A stretch of 45,689 bases of DNA from the NCBI GenBank assembly GCA_947253405.1, contig CAMXZF010000001.1:1-45689 (forward strand), in the 5' to 3' direction. The stretch's first letter is position 1, and the number at the start of each line of letters is the position of its first letter. A program made the translations under genes and the position numbers. This DNA is from an uncultured Candidatus Saccharibacteria bacterium (GTDB taxonomy: Bacteria; Patescibacteriota; Saccharimonadia; Saccharimonadales; Saccharimonadaceae). The notes below the pieces were generated by a model. The model saw only the letters and a list, made by a program, of their open reading frames with translations. It had not been told where the DNA came from and ran no database searches. Of this stretch, positions 1 to 8,590 are shown in pieces.

Positions 1-242
1 CCCCCCCCCAGGTGGTGGAAGGATAGTTAGTTTTTTTATTTGATAGCTCTACCATTATTTATACCTCTTAACTCTTTTCTGTTTGTTTTTTAATTTATAG
101 ACAGTTTTTTATTTTCTATATAGTTTATGGTTATATTGTAGCATAAATCAATTAAAGATGTAGCCTAATTGGCTTTTATTCCAGTATTTTTTTATTTGTA
201 CTATAATTAAACTAACTAGAAATTAATGAATGGTAGTTAAAT

Positions 243-860
243 ATGAAAAAACTTAAAGACTCTAAAAAATTAAAATCTGATCAACCGATAGAAAAAACGC
301 TGTGGCTATCAGTGATTATCAGCGGGATTGTTAACATTGCCTTTGGCGCCCTTAGTTTAATTATTCCTAACACCCTGATTAGTATTTTTATTTACAGCTT
401 TAGTTTGTTTATAGTGATTGTCGCAGTGATCGCTCTAGCGCAATCGCTAACAGATATCAAGCCGAGTGCTAATTGGTGGTTATCTATCCTATTTACTTTG
501 TGCGGTATTAGTATCGGCGTCTTTACAATTTTTAACCCTGTAATCACCCGTGCCTTGCTACCGATTCTTTTAGCAGTATTTATATTTATTGGCACTATAC
601 TGAATTTACTGGCTAGTTCTTTTGTTGGTAAAAATCAAGCTAAGTTACCTTTAGTAGTAATCGGCATTATTGGTATAATTTTCGGCTTTATCGTACTATT
701 GCAGCCACATTTAAGCGCCGATAGTTCAATCTGGCTAATTGGCTGCTACATATTATTGCAAGGTCTAGTTAGCGAGGCCGGCGCTTGGTATTTATATAAT
801 AATAAACAGACTAAAGGCTCTGTAACTATCAAGTCTAAAGACAAAAGCTTAGATAGTTAA
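243..860 (+). CDS. HdeD/DUF308-family membrane protein
   Basis: 205 aa, about six hydrophobic helices in two repeats (GxxxIxxG...P pattern) typical of DUF308. Confidence 0.7.
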   Translation: MKKLKDSKKLKSDQPIEKTLWLSVIISGIVNIAFGALSLIIPNTLISIFIYSFSLFIVIVAVIALAQSLTDIKPSANWWLSILFTLCGISIGVFTIFNPVITRALLPILLAVFIFIGTILNLLASSFVGKNQAKLPLVVIGIIGIIFGFIVLLQPHLSADSSIWLIGCYILLQGLVSEAGAWYLYNNKQTKGSVTIKSKDKSLDS

Positions 861-865
861 GTAAT

Positions 866-1669
866 ATGTTTAATGTATTTCATGTTTTAATTCTTGGCAT
901 TACGCAAGGATTAACTGAATTTATCCCCGTATCTTCATCTGGCCACATTTTAATAATCAGTAACCTATTAAGGGTTGAAACTGATGCGCACCTATTAATG
1001 CAATCACTTGATTTTGGCACTATTATAGTTCTGCTGCTATTTTTCCGTAAAAGAATTCACCAAATGATTAGCGCCATAATAAAAAAGCATGACTATCGCC
1101 TATTAAGAAATATTATAATAACCAGCCTACCAGCAGGGCTAGTCGGATTTACATTTGCAAGTTACATTGAAAAAGCTAGTTTTTTTACCAGCAGTTTAGT
1201 GATCAGCTTGGGCCTAATAATTTTAGGTACACTAATGGTGCTAATTAAAAAACTGCCTAAACTAACCGCCGTTGATAACGGCGATGATTTGTCTAAAAAG
1301 CGCTCTTTAATAATTGGTCTAATGCAAGTGTTAGCTTTAATCCCCGGCGTGTCGCGATCTGGGTCAACTATCTTAGCTTCTCGATTAATGGGTCTTAATA
1401 GTCAAAAAGCGGCCGAATACTCCTTTTTGGTATCAATCCCCATAATGTTAGGACTGGCAGCTAAGCTAATAATTAAAGATGGCAGCTGGCTCTTACAAAA
1501 CTATTCCAGCGTTGCCATTGGTAACATTGCATCATTTATAGCCGGCTTAATAGCCGTTAGATTTTTGTTTAAATATTTAAGTAATCATGATTTAGAAATT
1601 TTTGGCTGGTATCGCATAAGTCTTGGCGTCATTGTTATGTTTTTAATCGCTAGTGGGGTTACATTTTAA
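866..1669 (+). CDS. uppP: Undecaprenyl-diphosphate phosphatase (BacA)
   Basis: QGLTEFIPVSSSGH and PGVSRSGST signature motifs. Confidence 0.95.
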   Translation: MFNVFHVLILGITQGLTEFIPVSSSGHILIISNLLRVETDAHLLMQSLDFGTIIVLLLFFRKRIHQMISAIIKKHDYRLLRNIIITSLPAGLVGFTFASYIEKASFFTSSLVISLGLIILGTLMVLIKKLPKLTAVDNGDDLSKKRSLIIGLMQVLALIPGVSRSGSTILASRLMGLNSQKAAEYSFLVSIPIMLGLAAKLIIKDGSWLLQNYSSVAIGNIASFIAGLIAVRFLFKYLSNHDLEIFGWYRISLGVIVMFLIASGVTF

Positions 1670-1739
1670 GTAACTTTAACTTGGGATTTTTGCAGCCTTA
1701 GACTATAATATAATTAACTATAATGTAGGGGGGTATTAG

Positions 1740-3911
1740 GTGCTATCAACTATCAAACCAGATAAAAATAACGACCCAGTCAAGTTAATTAGTACCATTC
1801 TATTTAGTGGCATAGCGGTGTGGCGCAAACGGCTAGCGCTATCGATACTGTTATCTTTTTTATCAGTTAGCCTAATATTGGTAACACTATACGGCGCCAA
1901 ATTAAATCTAACCAACGTTTTTTATATTTATATACCACTAACAACTCTCCTGCTTGCAACTATTGCATTAATATTTAACGGTGCTGGATTTTTTAGACGA
2001 GCCTTTAACGACCTAAAGCGCCGTCAGCTAAGCTCGAACACCATCACTGTATTAGGTGTAATTACTTTATATAGCTATAGTCTATCCATCTATATAACCA
2101 ATTATTTAAGTGGTAGTTTTTCCCTAAAATTTGACGCTATCAAAATGTCGTCACTATACTTTTGTCTTGTCGTTTTAATCCTCTTTTTAGCTACCATTTC
2201 AAAGTATATTGAGGCTAGCTATAAGTCCAAAAATAAAAAATCAATTAACGCCTTAACCGCGTCAATCCCAAGTGTTTCCCACCTTTTAGTTGGTAGCTAT
2301 ATATCAGATATACCGACAAGACAAATTAAGTTAAAAGATAAATTACTAATAAAGCCCAAAGAAGTTATTCCAGTAGACGGTATAGTCACAAACGGAAATA
2401 CGGTCGTTAACGAATCTGCCCTGACTGGTGAAAGCATTAATGTTGACAAGCACGTTGGCGATAGCGTTACTGGCGGAACTTTAAATGGCCACGGCCTTAT
2501 AGAAATTCAAGTCACGAGAATTGGTCGCGACACAACTTTGGCGCAAATAATCTCTACTACTAATAAAGCAAAACTAGAAAAACTACCAATTGATAAGTTG
2601 TCAAACCAAATAGCAGCCGTTTTAGTTCCTCTAATTTTAGTTATATCAGTCGCCAGCTTTTTGATCTGCTTTTTCTACCTAAAAAAACAGCTCGACTACT
2701 CTTTAGCAGTTGCCATTGCCGTTGTTACCGTAGCCCTACCCTACACCTTTTCACTAGCTAGTACTAGCGCTAATTGGTTTGGCCTGTGGCGCGCTAAGCG
2801 CAAAAACATCGTCATTAAGGATGCCAATATCTTACAGACACTGTCGCGCGTTAATGCGATCGTATTTGATAAAACTGGCACATTAACTGTTGGTAAGCCA
2901 GAAATAACCGACATAATTCCCATAGATAAAAGCTTTAGCAAAAAGGAAATCCTACAAATAGCTTATAGCCTAGAAAATAAAGTCGAACATAACTTTGCTA
3001 GAGCGGTCATTAAAAAAGCTAGAAAAGCAAAGCTAAAACTATTAAATACAACTGATTTTTCTAATATACCAGGATATGGTGTGACTGGAATGGTTGAAGG
3101 TGGCAAGTACTACCTAGGCAACAATAAGCTTTTTGAAAAATATTTTAAATCTAAATCTAAATTGCCTTCCGAATTTGCTAAGCTAGAAAAAGCTGGTAAA
3201 TCAATTAGTTATTTATTTAAAGATAGCAACATAATTGCTGTTATTGCCATTGCTGATCAACCCAAAAAGACATCAGCTAAAGCTATTAAGCTACTGAATA
3301 AACTTGGGATAGAAACTTATATACTATCAGGTGACAATCAAATAACTGTTCAAGCGATAGCGCGTCGACTTGGCATTAAAAATGTAGTATCAGAAATGCT
3401 TCCTGATGAAAAATTTAAATACATAAATAAGCTTAGACGATCTGGTCATGTAGTGGCAATGGTGGGTGATGGTAATAATGACGCTCCGGCTATTGCGACA
3501 GCTGATGTCGGTATATCATTAGGTCAAATTAGTGATGTAACCACAACCACCAGCGATGTCAGCTTGCTGTCAGACGATCCAACTAACGTTTGTTATGTAA
3601 TTAAACTAGCAATGGAAACAGTTAGTAAAATTAAGCAAAATGTCTTTTTTGCCCTGTTCTATAGTTTGATCAGCGTATCATTATTGCTGTCACATGTATT
3701 ATTAAGCTCCGGCAATTATTACATGAGCCTTAGCTGGTTAACACCACCCATAATGATTGGCGTAGTTATGTTAATAACCTTTTGTGCGATGTTTATTAAC
3801 TGCCTAAGCCTGCAATCAACCCACGAAAAGCATTTTAATCTAGCCGGTTTTTTATTGCCGATTGTCGTTTGGGCTTTTGCTTCTGCAGTTTATATAAAAT
3901 TAATATTCTAA
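1740..3911 (+). CDS. P1B-type heavy-metal-like ATPase with degenerate metal-binding motifs
   Basis: TGES, DKTGT, SGDN and GDGNND motifs present; the CPC position reads LPY; no N-terminal metal-binding domain. Confidence 0.85.
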   Translation: MLSTIKPDKNNDPVKLISTILFSGIAVWRKRLALSILLSFLSVSLILVTLYGAKLNLTNVFYIYIPLTTLLLATIALIFNGAGFFRRAFNDLKRRQLSSNTITVLGVITLYSYSLSIYITNYLSGSFSLKFDAIKMSSLYFCLVVLILFLATISKYIEASYKSKNKKSINALTASIPSVSHLLVGSYISDIPTRQIKLKDKLLIKPKEVIPVDGIVTNGNTVVNESALTGESINVDKHVGDSVTGGTLNGHGLIEIQVTRIGRDTTLAQIISTTNKAKLEKLPIDKLSNQIAAVLVPLILVISVASFLICFFYLKKQLDYSLAVAIAVVTVALPYTFSLASTSANWFGLWRAKRKNIVIKDANILQTLSRVNAIVFDKTGTLTVGKPEITDIIPIDKSFSKKEILQIAYSLENKVEHNFARAVIKKARKAKLKLLNTTDFSNIPGYGVTGMVEGGKYYLGNNKLFEKYFKSKSKLPSEFAKLEKAGKSISYLFKDSNIIAVIAIADQPKKTSAKAIKLLNKLGIETYILSGDNQITVQAIARRLGIKNVVSEMLPDEKFKYINKLRRSGHVVAMVGDGNNDAPAIATADVGISLGQISDVTTTTSDVSLLSDDPTNVCYVIKLAMETVSKIKQNVFFALFYSLISVSLLLSHVLLSSGNYYMSLSWLTPPIMIGVVMLITFCAMFINCLSLQSTHEKHFNLAGFLLPIVVWAFASAVYIKLIF

Positions 3912-3922
3912 ATAAAGTCAAT

Positions 3923-3997
3923 TGGTGCGGGCGGGGAGAATCGAACTCCCGTCGCAAGTTTGGAAAACTCGAATATTAACCACTATACGACACCCGC
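3923..3997 (-). tRNA. tRNA-Gly(TCC)
   Basis: Minus strand GCGGGTG...CGAGT-TTTCCAA-ACTTG...GGGAG-TTCGATT-CTCCC-CGCCCGC-A-CCA folds as a cloverleaf with encoded CCA; TGCTATAAT upstream at 4007-4015. Confidence 0.95.
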
Positions 3998-4065
3998 AAT
4001 AAAGCCATTATAGCATATCTAAACCCTGTTAAATTAAATACGCCCAATTTAATACAATAGATACA

Positions 4066-4317
4066 TTAAGGTTGATCTAATTCAGTTATATTTTCCTCTA
4101 AATTAGCTTTTAAAATATTAATTTTATTTTCAGAATGGCTAATCTTTTGTTTGATTTTGCTGCTTAAAGCAATGCCCTCTTCGAACTTAGCCACAATAAA
4201 ATCAATATCCTTAGAATTACCCTCTATATCGGCGATTACTTGATCTAGCTGCTCCATTAAAGTGCTGATTGAGCTATTGGGTTCTTTACTACTTGGGCTA
4301 TTAAGCTTCTTTGCCAT
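4066..4317 (-). CDS. xseB: Exodeoxyribonuclease VII small subunit
   Basis: LDQVIADIE...FEEGIAL pattern; follows xseA. Confidence 0.85.
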   Translation of the reverse strand: MAKKLNSPSSKEPNSSISTLMEQLDQVIADIEGNSKDIDFIVAKFEEGIALSSKIKQKISHSENKINILKANLEENITELDQP

Positions 4318-5485
4318 TGTTATACTCCTTTAACTTTTTATCTACTTTATTAACTTTAGCGTTAATTAAATACTTGTCAGTTTCAACTAAAATATCTTTA
4401 CCGATAGTTGGTGTCACGTTGAATGTCTTTTTAGTTTTGCTATCCCACAAAATTGCATAGCCCCTTTTAAGCGCTAGCTGCGGATCATAGGCTTTTAAAA
4501 TATTATTTTTATAATCTAATGAGCTTTTAATGTTGTAGATACTACGATCTATAGTTTCCATAAGCTTCCTAGAACTATTCGTTAGTTGCTGGTGATAAAA
4601 TTCCATACTATATTGCAAATTATTAACCACGCTACTTAGTTTGCTGTCTATCATGTCTATCACTTCTGATTTATCACTTAATAAAATTTGCGCCACATTG
4701 GATGGTGTTGATCCAACTTGATCAGCCGCTAAATCAGCTAAAGTGGTATCAATTTCGTGACCAATACCAGTAATAACTGGTTGCCGTGATCCAGCAATAG
4801 CCCGCACAAGTTTTTCATCATCAAAAGCAGCTAAATCATCGCGCGATCCCCCGCCCCTTAAAATAGCAATAACTTGCGGCGGATCAACTAATTGATTAAA
4901 CTGGCTGATTGCGTTAATTATCTGATCCGGCGCCTTATCACCCTGAACCTGCACCGGAATAACATCAATGGTTAAGCCACCAATACGTTCATTGGCTATT
5001 TTAATAAAATCACTATAGCCAGCCGCTTGAAGCGACGAAATTACGCCAATGTGCTCTGGCATATTAGGTAGCGGACGCTTACGTTCAACCTTAAACAAGC
5101 CTTCTGACGCCAACTTCTTTTTTAATAACTCAAATGATTTTTTAATCGATCCGTGGCCAACTGGTTTAACTGTCTGAATAGTTAAAGAAAATTTTCCCCA
5201 TTTGGTAATATTTGGCTTAGCAGTGATTGCAACCTGCATGCCATCTTCTATAGCGGTACGCAAAGCAAAAACTGACATAAAACAGCTTAATGAAGCCGTA
5301 TTATCTTTGATATCGAAAAAGACCCACTTACCTTGATTAACTTTAAAATTAGCGACCTCGCCAACAATACTCACAATCGGCATACTGGTGCCAATCACCT
5401 GATTAAATAAATCTAAAGCCTCAGATACAGTCAAGCCATCTAGCTCAATAGAAGATTTGGAATCATAATCTAAAGCACTAAACAT
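4301..5485 (-). CDS. xseA: Exodeoxyribonuclease VII large subunit
   Basis: GEVANFK...FFDIKD, RGGGSRDDL, TGIGHEID, TPS motifs; start placed at ATG 5485. Confidence 0.95.
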   Translation of the reverse strand: MFSALDYDSKSSIELDGLTVSEALDLFNQVIGTSMPIVSIVGEVANFKVNQGKWVFFDIKDNTASLSCFMSVFALRTAIEDGMQVAITAKPNITKWGKFSLTIQTVKPVGHGSIKKSFELLKKKLASEGLFKVERKRPLPNMPEHIGVISSLQAAGYSDFIKIANERIGGLTIDVIPVQVQGDKAPDQIINAISQFNQLVDPPQVIAILRGGGSRDDLAAFDDEKLVRAIAGSRQPVITGIGHEIDTTLADLAADQVGSTPSNVAQILLSDKSEVIDMIDSKLSSVVNNLQYSMEFYHQQLTNSSRKLMETIDRSIYNIKSSLDYKNNILKAYDPQLALKRGYAILWDSKTKKTFNVTPTIGKDILVETDKYLINAKVNKVDKKLKEYNNGKEA

Positions 5486-6596
5486 CTTTATTAACAGGAG
5501 TTGGCTTACCATATTTATTTAAAGCACGCTGATAAAAGATAAAGCCAGTCGAAATCGTACCAACAAGAAGTAGCATGCGAGTTAAGATAACGCCAGCAAA
5601 ACTAGCGTCGGCGCTTACGCCACCAGCCACTAAAACACCTACCATGATAACTTCATAAGCACCAATTCCACCGGGCGTGACCATTAAGCCACCGCCAAGA
5701 GTAGCCGCACCATAGGCAATTAAAAGAATTGCTGGATTGACAAATTCACCTAGACTACAAAAAGCAACAAAGAATAACGCCACATCTAAAATATTAAATA
5801 TAAAACTCCAAATAATTGGCTTTTTAAGCATGTTTTTATCCGCCTTCATGACGCTATAATCACTATGTAAATCAAAGAAAAATTCATCTAATTTACGAGC
5901 ATTAACCTTCTTTCTGGAACGACCAAAAGTTAGCTTTTTGATTATTTTGTTAAGGCTATTTGATAACCAGTGCGAAAAACTATTAATACGACTTTTGCTA
6001 CCAGCAACATAATTACCGAAAGCTACTACTAAAATTAAAGTCGTAATAGAGATGGCTGTGGCCACCACTACCCAATTTGCTGTGCGATTTTCCATAGTTG
6101 CCCAAACTAACGCAACTGCCATTAACACCATAAAAGTACCGAACTGTACCACTAGGCGCATAATTTGAGCTAAAGTTGCCTGGCCAGAGGATACACCATA
6201 TTTAGATAAGCGCCATACCATGTAAGACGCACCACTAATTCCCGCCGAAGGAAAAACATGATTCACAAAGCTAAATTCTAGCGACATACCTGTAGCCTGA
6301 AGCGCGCTCAATTTGCGCAGTTGCCCTCGCGATCGTAAATAAGTGAAAAAAACTTCCGTATTAGCATAATATGACGCAAACTGTAATGGTATAAGTAGCA
6401 AAATAAGCCAAATATTAGTCTTAGAAAGTAATTTAAAAGCTTCTACAATTTCTTTTCTAGCACTAATAAAAATAATAATCAAAAGCACAATCGTGCAAAC
6501 ATTTAAATAAAAACGCCATCCACCCCAACCCTTTTTTTGGACATGATTACGAGCAAGGCGATAATGACGCCGAAAATCAGAACTAAAATTAGCCAT
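5478..6596 (-). CDS. Lysylphosphatidylglycerol synthase TM-domain / UPF0104 flippase-like protein
   Basis: Multi-pass membrane protein with FVNHVFPSAGISG and TPGGIGAYE motifs. Confidence 0.8.
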   Translation of the reverse strand: MANFSSDFRRHYRLARNHVQKKGWGGWRFYLNVCTIVLLIIIFISARKEIVEAFKLLSKTNIWLILLLIPLQFASYYANTEVFFTYLRSRGQLRKLSALQATGMSLEFSFVNHVFPSAGISGASYMVWRLSKYGVSSGQATLAQIMRLVVQFGTFMVLMAVALVWATMENRTANWVVVATAISITTLILVVAFGNYVAGSKSRINSFSHWLSNSLNKIIKKLTFGRSRKKVNARKLDEFFFDLHSDYSVMKADKNMLKKPIIWSFIFNILDVALFFVAFCSLGEFVNPAILLIAYGAATLGGGLMVTPGGIGAYEVIMVGVLVAGGVSADASFAGVILTRMLLLVGTISTGFIFYQRALNKYGKPTPVNKDV

Positions 6597-6627
6597 AAGT
6601 TAAGTAGTATTATAGCAATATGGGGCG

Positions 6628-6670
6628 AAAAAAGTAATGGCCCCATGCCGGTATAAGTTGGCATGGGGCC
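6628..6670 (-). terminator. Intrinsic terminator, unit 1
   Basis: GGCCCCATGCC-N10-GGCATGGGGCC (6639-6670) followed on the minus strand by ATTACTTTTTT. Confidence 0.85.
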
Positions 6671-6706
6671 GAGAGATAGATTTATTTTGTTGCTATCCTG
6701 TATTGG

Positions 6707-7093
6707 TTATATGGCTTGCATAAAGCTTAATGGATCATTCCACCACGAAATATCTTCTATGCCCCCAAAATCATCTGGAGTATTAAGAGATCCTTCTCGG
6801 GTAGAGATATTGTAGGTAAATGAAATGTCATTATGAATTTTGCCATTGCATTCTACATCCACAGAAAACTCAAAGCAGCCATCTTCAGGGATCATAAACG
6901 AATCGTCAGTGTAGCATGGATCAATTCGATTAATCCGATATACATTTAGACGGTAACGTTGTTGCGTCCCATTCCTTCTTACCTCTATCGGCAAATTTAG
7001 TCCTGCTTTCCTCCCAGGATTTGTTATATAACATAACTTAATAATTTGCTGCAAAGAAGGGCCATTCTTTATTTTATAGCAATTATTATACAT
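6707..7093 (-). CDS. Small hypothetical protein, array paralog 1 (128 aa)
   Basis: YKIKNGPSL...SFTYNISTREG; ATG at 7093 follows AGAAAGA; homologous to the other three array ORFs. Confidence 0.85.
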   Translation of the reverse strand: MYNNCYKIKNGPSLQQIIKLCYITNPGRKAGLNLPIEVRRNGTQQRYRLNVYRINRIDPCYTDDSFMIPEDGCFEFSVDVECNGKIHNDISFTYNISTREGSLNTPDDFGGIEDISWWNDPLSFMQAI

Positions 7094-7102
7094 GTCTATC
7101 TG

Positions 7103-7200
7103 TCTTTCTAATGAGCTTACCAAATGCCTTGGTAATGTGGCGGTATGGATATTGATACCATACTGGTTATATTTATATCATATATACATTGAATTGTCAA
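7103..7200 (-). promoter_or_regulatory. Promoter plus structured leader, unit 1
   Basis: TTGACA (7200-7195)-17 nt-TATAAA (7177-7172) with upstream TG; hairpin A 7141-7165; hairpin B 7117-7135; GCTCATTAGAAAGA. Confidence 0.8.
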
Positions 7201-7279
7201 GTAATACCCTCGTGTTTACTTCCTATTTTTTAGCTTAAAATTAATCAATTATATATGTGGCACTTAGGCAATGTAGCGT

Positions 7280-7322
7280 AAAAAGTAAATGGCCCCACGC
7301 CGATATAAGTTGGCATGGGGCC
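7280..7322 (-). terminator. Intrinsic terminator, unit 2
   Basis: Same hairpin at 7291-7322; the single stem change gives a G-U wobble on the minus strand; T-tract follows. Confidence 0.85.
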
Positions 7323-7333
7323 GAGAGATAGAT

Positions 7334-7699
7334 TTATTTTTCTCCTGCTACTCTAGGCAACGGTTGCATAAAGCTTGATGCTTTGAATCGACTGCAAAGT
7401 AATCCTTTTTTAGTAAATGGATTATAAATAAAAGATAGTCGATATGATCTGTCGCCGCACCCTACTTCTACCACAAATCTAGAGCGACCGTCATCGGGAT
7501 TGTCGCTTATGGGAGTGGCTCTAATAAAATGCTTAACCGTAAAGACATAGAGCTGATTTGTCAGCTGGCTGTGCCTTAATCTAAAGCGCAAATTTGCTCC
7601 CTTTCCTAAGCTTGATTGGTAGCAAGTATGCAAACCAATATCACGTATAGAAGGGCCATCCTCGATATGGTATTTGATGTTAGGTTGCCATTTAGACAT
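7334..7699 (-). CDS. Small hypothetical protein, array paralog 2 (121-124 aa)
   Basis: YHIEDGPSIRDIGLHTCYQSS...SFIYNPFTKKG; start at ATG 7699 or 7708. Confidence 0.85.
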   Translation of the reverse strand: MSKWQPNIKYHIEDGPSIRDIGLHTCYQSSLGKGANLRFRLRHSQLTNQLYVFTVKHFIRATPISDNPDDGRSRFVVEVGCGDRSYRLSFIYNPFTKKGLLCSRFKASSFMQPLPRVAGEK

Positions 7700-7708
7700 A
7701 GCTATCAT

Positions 7709-7810
7709 CTCTTTCTTATAATGTACTTACCAGCTGCCCTGGTAATGTGGCGATATGGATATTTACACCATATCGTAATTATTAATATAATATTAATAGA
7801 AAATTGTCAA
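7709..7810 (-). promoter_or_regulatory. Promoter plus structured leader, unit 2
   Basis: TTGACA 7810-7805; hairpin A 7751-7775 (perfect 8 bp); hairpin B 7727-7745; GTACATTATAAGAAAGAG. Confidence 0.8.
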
Positions 7811-7859
7811 GTAATACCGTCTCGCTTGCCTCTTGTTTTTAATAAATATTAATTAAACT

Positions 7860-7902
7860 AAAAAGTAAATGGCCCCATGCCGGTATAAGTTGGCATGGGG
7901 CC
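7860..7902 (-). terminator. Intrinsic terminator, unit 3
   Basis: Hairpin 7871-7902 identical to unit 1; T-tract on the minus strand. Confidence 0.85.
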
Positions 7903-7972
7903 GAGGAGTGGATTTATTTTAATACTTTATAAGCAAACAGAATACATAAAGTCTGACACCTTAATTTAAATC

Positions 7973-8362
7973 TTAAGAAAGCATCCTTCGACCGCATTCT
8001 ACCAAAAAGTCAAACTCTTCACCATCTATTCCTACGAGCTCTCCATTTTGGAATATAAAGTTATATATAAAACTCAACTTACGGGTCTTACCATTCTTGC
8101 ACCTTACCAGCGCAACAACCTTACCATAACCGCTAGCGTCTTCATCTTGAATATCTATAATGCGATCCAGCGTAAGAACGTAACGAATAGGATAAGGAGT
8201 ATTAATCTCTTCTTCGCTAACCAAATCAAATCTTAAATCTACACTCTCATTCGGCTGTCTCTCAGCATGGGCGCTTATTGCATACATAATAGTAGGACCA
8301 TGTTCAATGTGGTATCTCCTAATTTGAGCAATCCTGACATCATTAGATAGCTTTTTAAACAT
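7973..8362 (-). CDS. Small hypothetical protein, array paralog 3 (129 aa)
   Basis: YHIEHGPTI...LRFDL...EDASG...SFIYNFIFQNG; ATG at 8362 follows AGAGAGGT. Confidence 0.85.
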   Translation of the reverse strand: MFKKLSNDVRIAQIRRYHIEHGPTIMYAISAHAERQPNESVDLRFDLVSEEEINTPYPIRYVLTLDRIIDIQDEDASGYGKVVALVRCKNGKTRKLSFIYNFIFQNGELVGIDGEEFDFLVECGRRMLS

Positions 8363-8370
8363 GCTATCAT

Positions 8371-8469
8371 ACCTCTCTAATGAGCTTACCAAATGCCTTG
8401 GTAATGTGGCAGTATAGATATTGGTTCTATACTGGTTATATTTATATCATATATACACTGAATTGTCAA
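8371..8469 (-). promoter_or_regulatory. Promoter plus structured leader, unit 3
   Basis: TTGACA 8469-8464; hairpin A 8410-8434 (perfect 8 bp); hairpin B 8386-8404; GCTCATTAGAGAGG. Confidence 0.8.
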
Positions 8470-8547
8470 GTAATACCATTATGTTTATTACCTGTTTTTG
8501 TAATAAAATTAATCAATTATATATGTGGCACTTAGGCAATATAGCAC

Positions 8548-8590
8548 AAAAAGTAAATAGCCCCATGCCAGTGTAAGTTGGCATGGGGCC
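8548..8590 (-). terminator. Intrinsic terminator, unit 4
   Basis: Hairpin 8559-8590; the outer change gives a G-U pair on the minus strand; T-tract follows. Confidence 0.85.

Noticed and set aside
1..120. C-run and T-rich low-complexity start as a regulatory or phase-variable tract
   Set aside because: It lies at the contig edge of an assembly with untrimmed adapters and has no supportable ORF or structure.
3923..3997. UGA-to-Gly recoding (code 25)
   Set aside because: The anticodon is TCC, TGA ends genes at normal positions (grpE, ruvX), and core genes are uninterrupted.
7094..7123. Shared N-terminal peptide MVSSLER in array ORFs 1 and 3
   Set aside because: It comes from a TTG inside leader hairpin B. 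The RBS-like sequence lies downstream, and units 2 and 4 do not keep the frame.
7616..8236. Plus-strand ORFs 7616-7852 and 8048-8236 as antisense toxin or antitoxin peptides
   Set aside because: Non-ATG starts, not conserved between units, and they shadow the real genes or leader.
6639..8590. 32-bp palindromic repeats as a CRISPR array
   Set aside because: Repeats are 580-690 bp apart, separated by genes, have T-tracts, and no cas genes are present.
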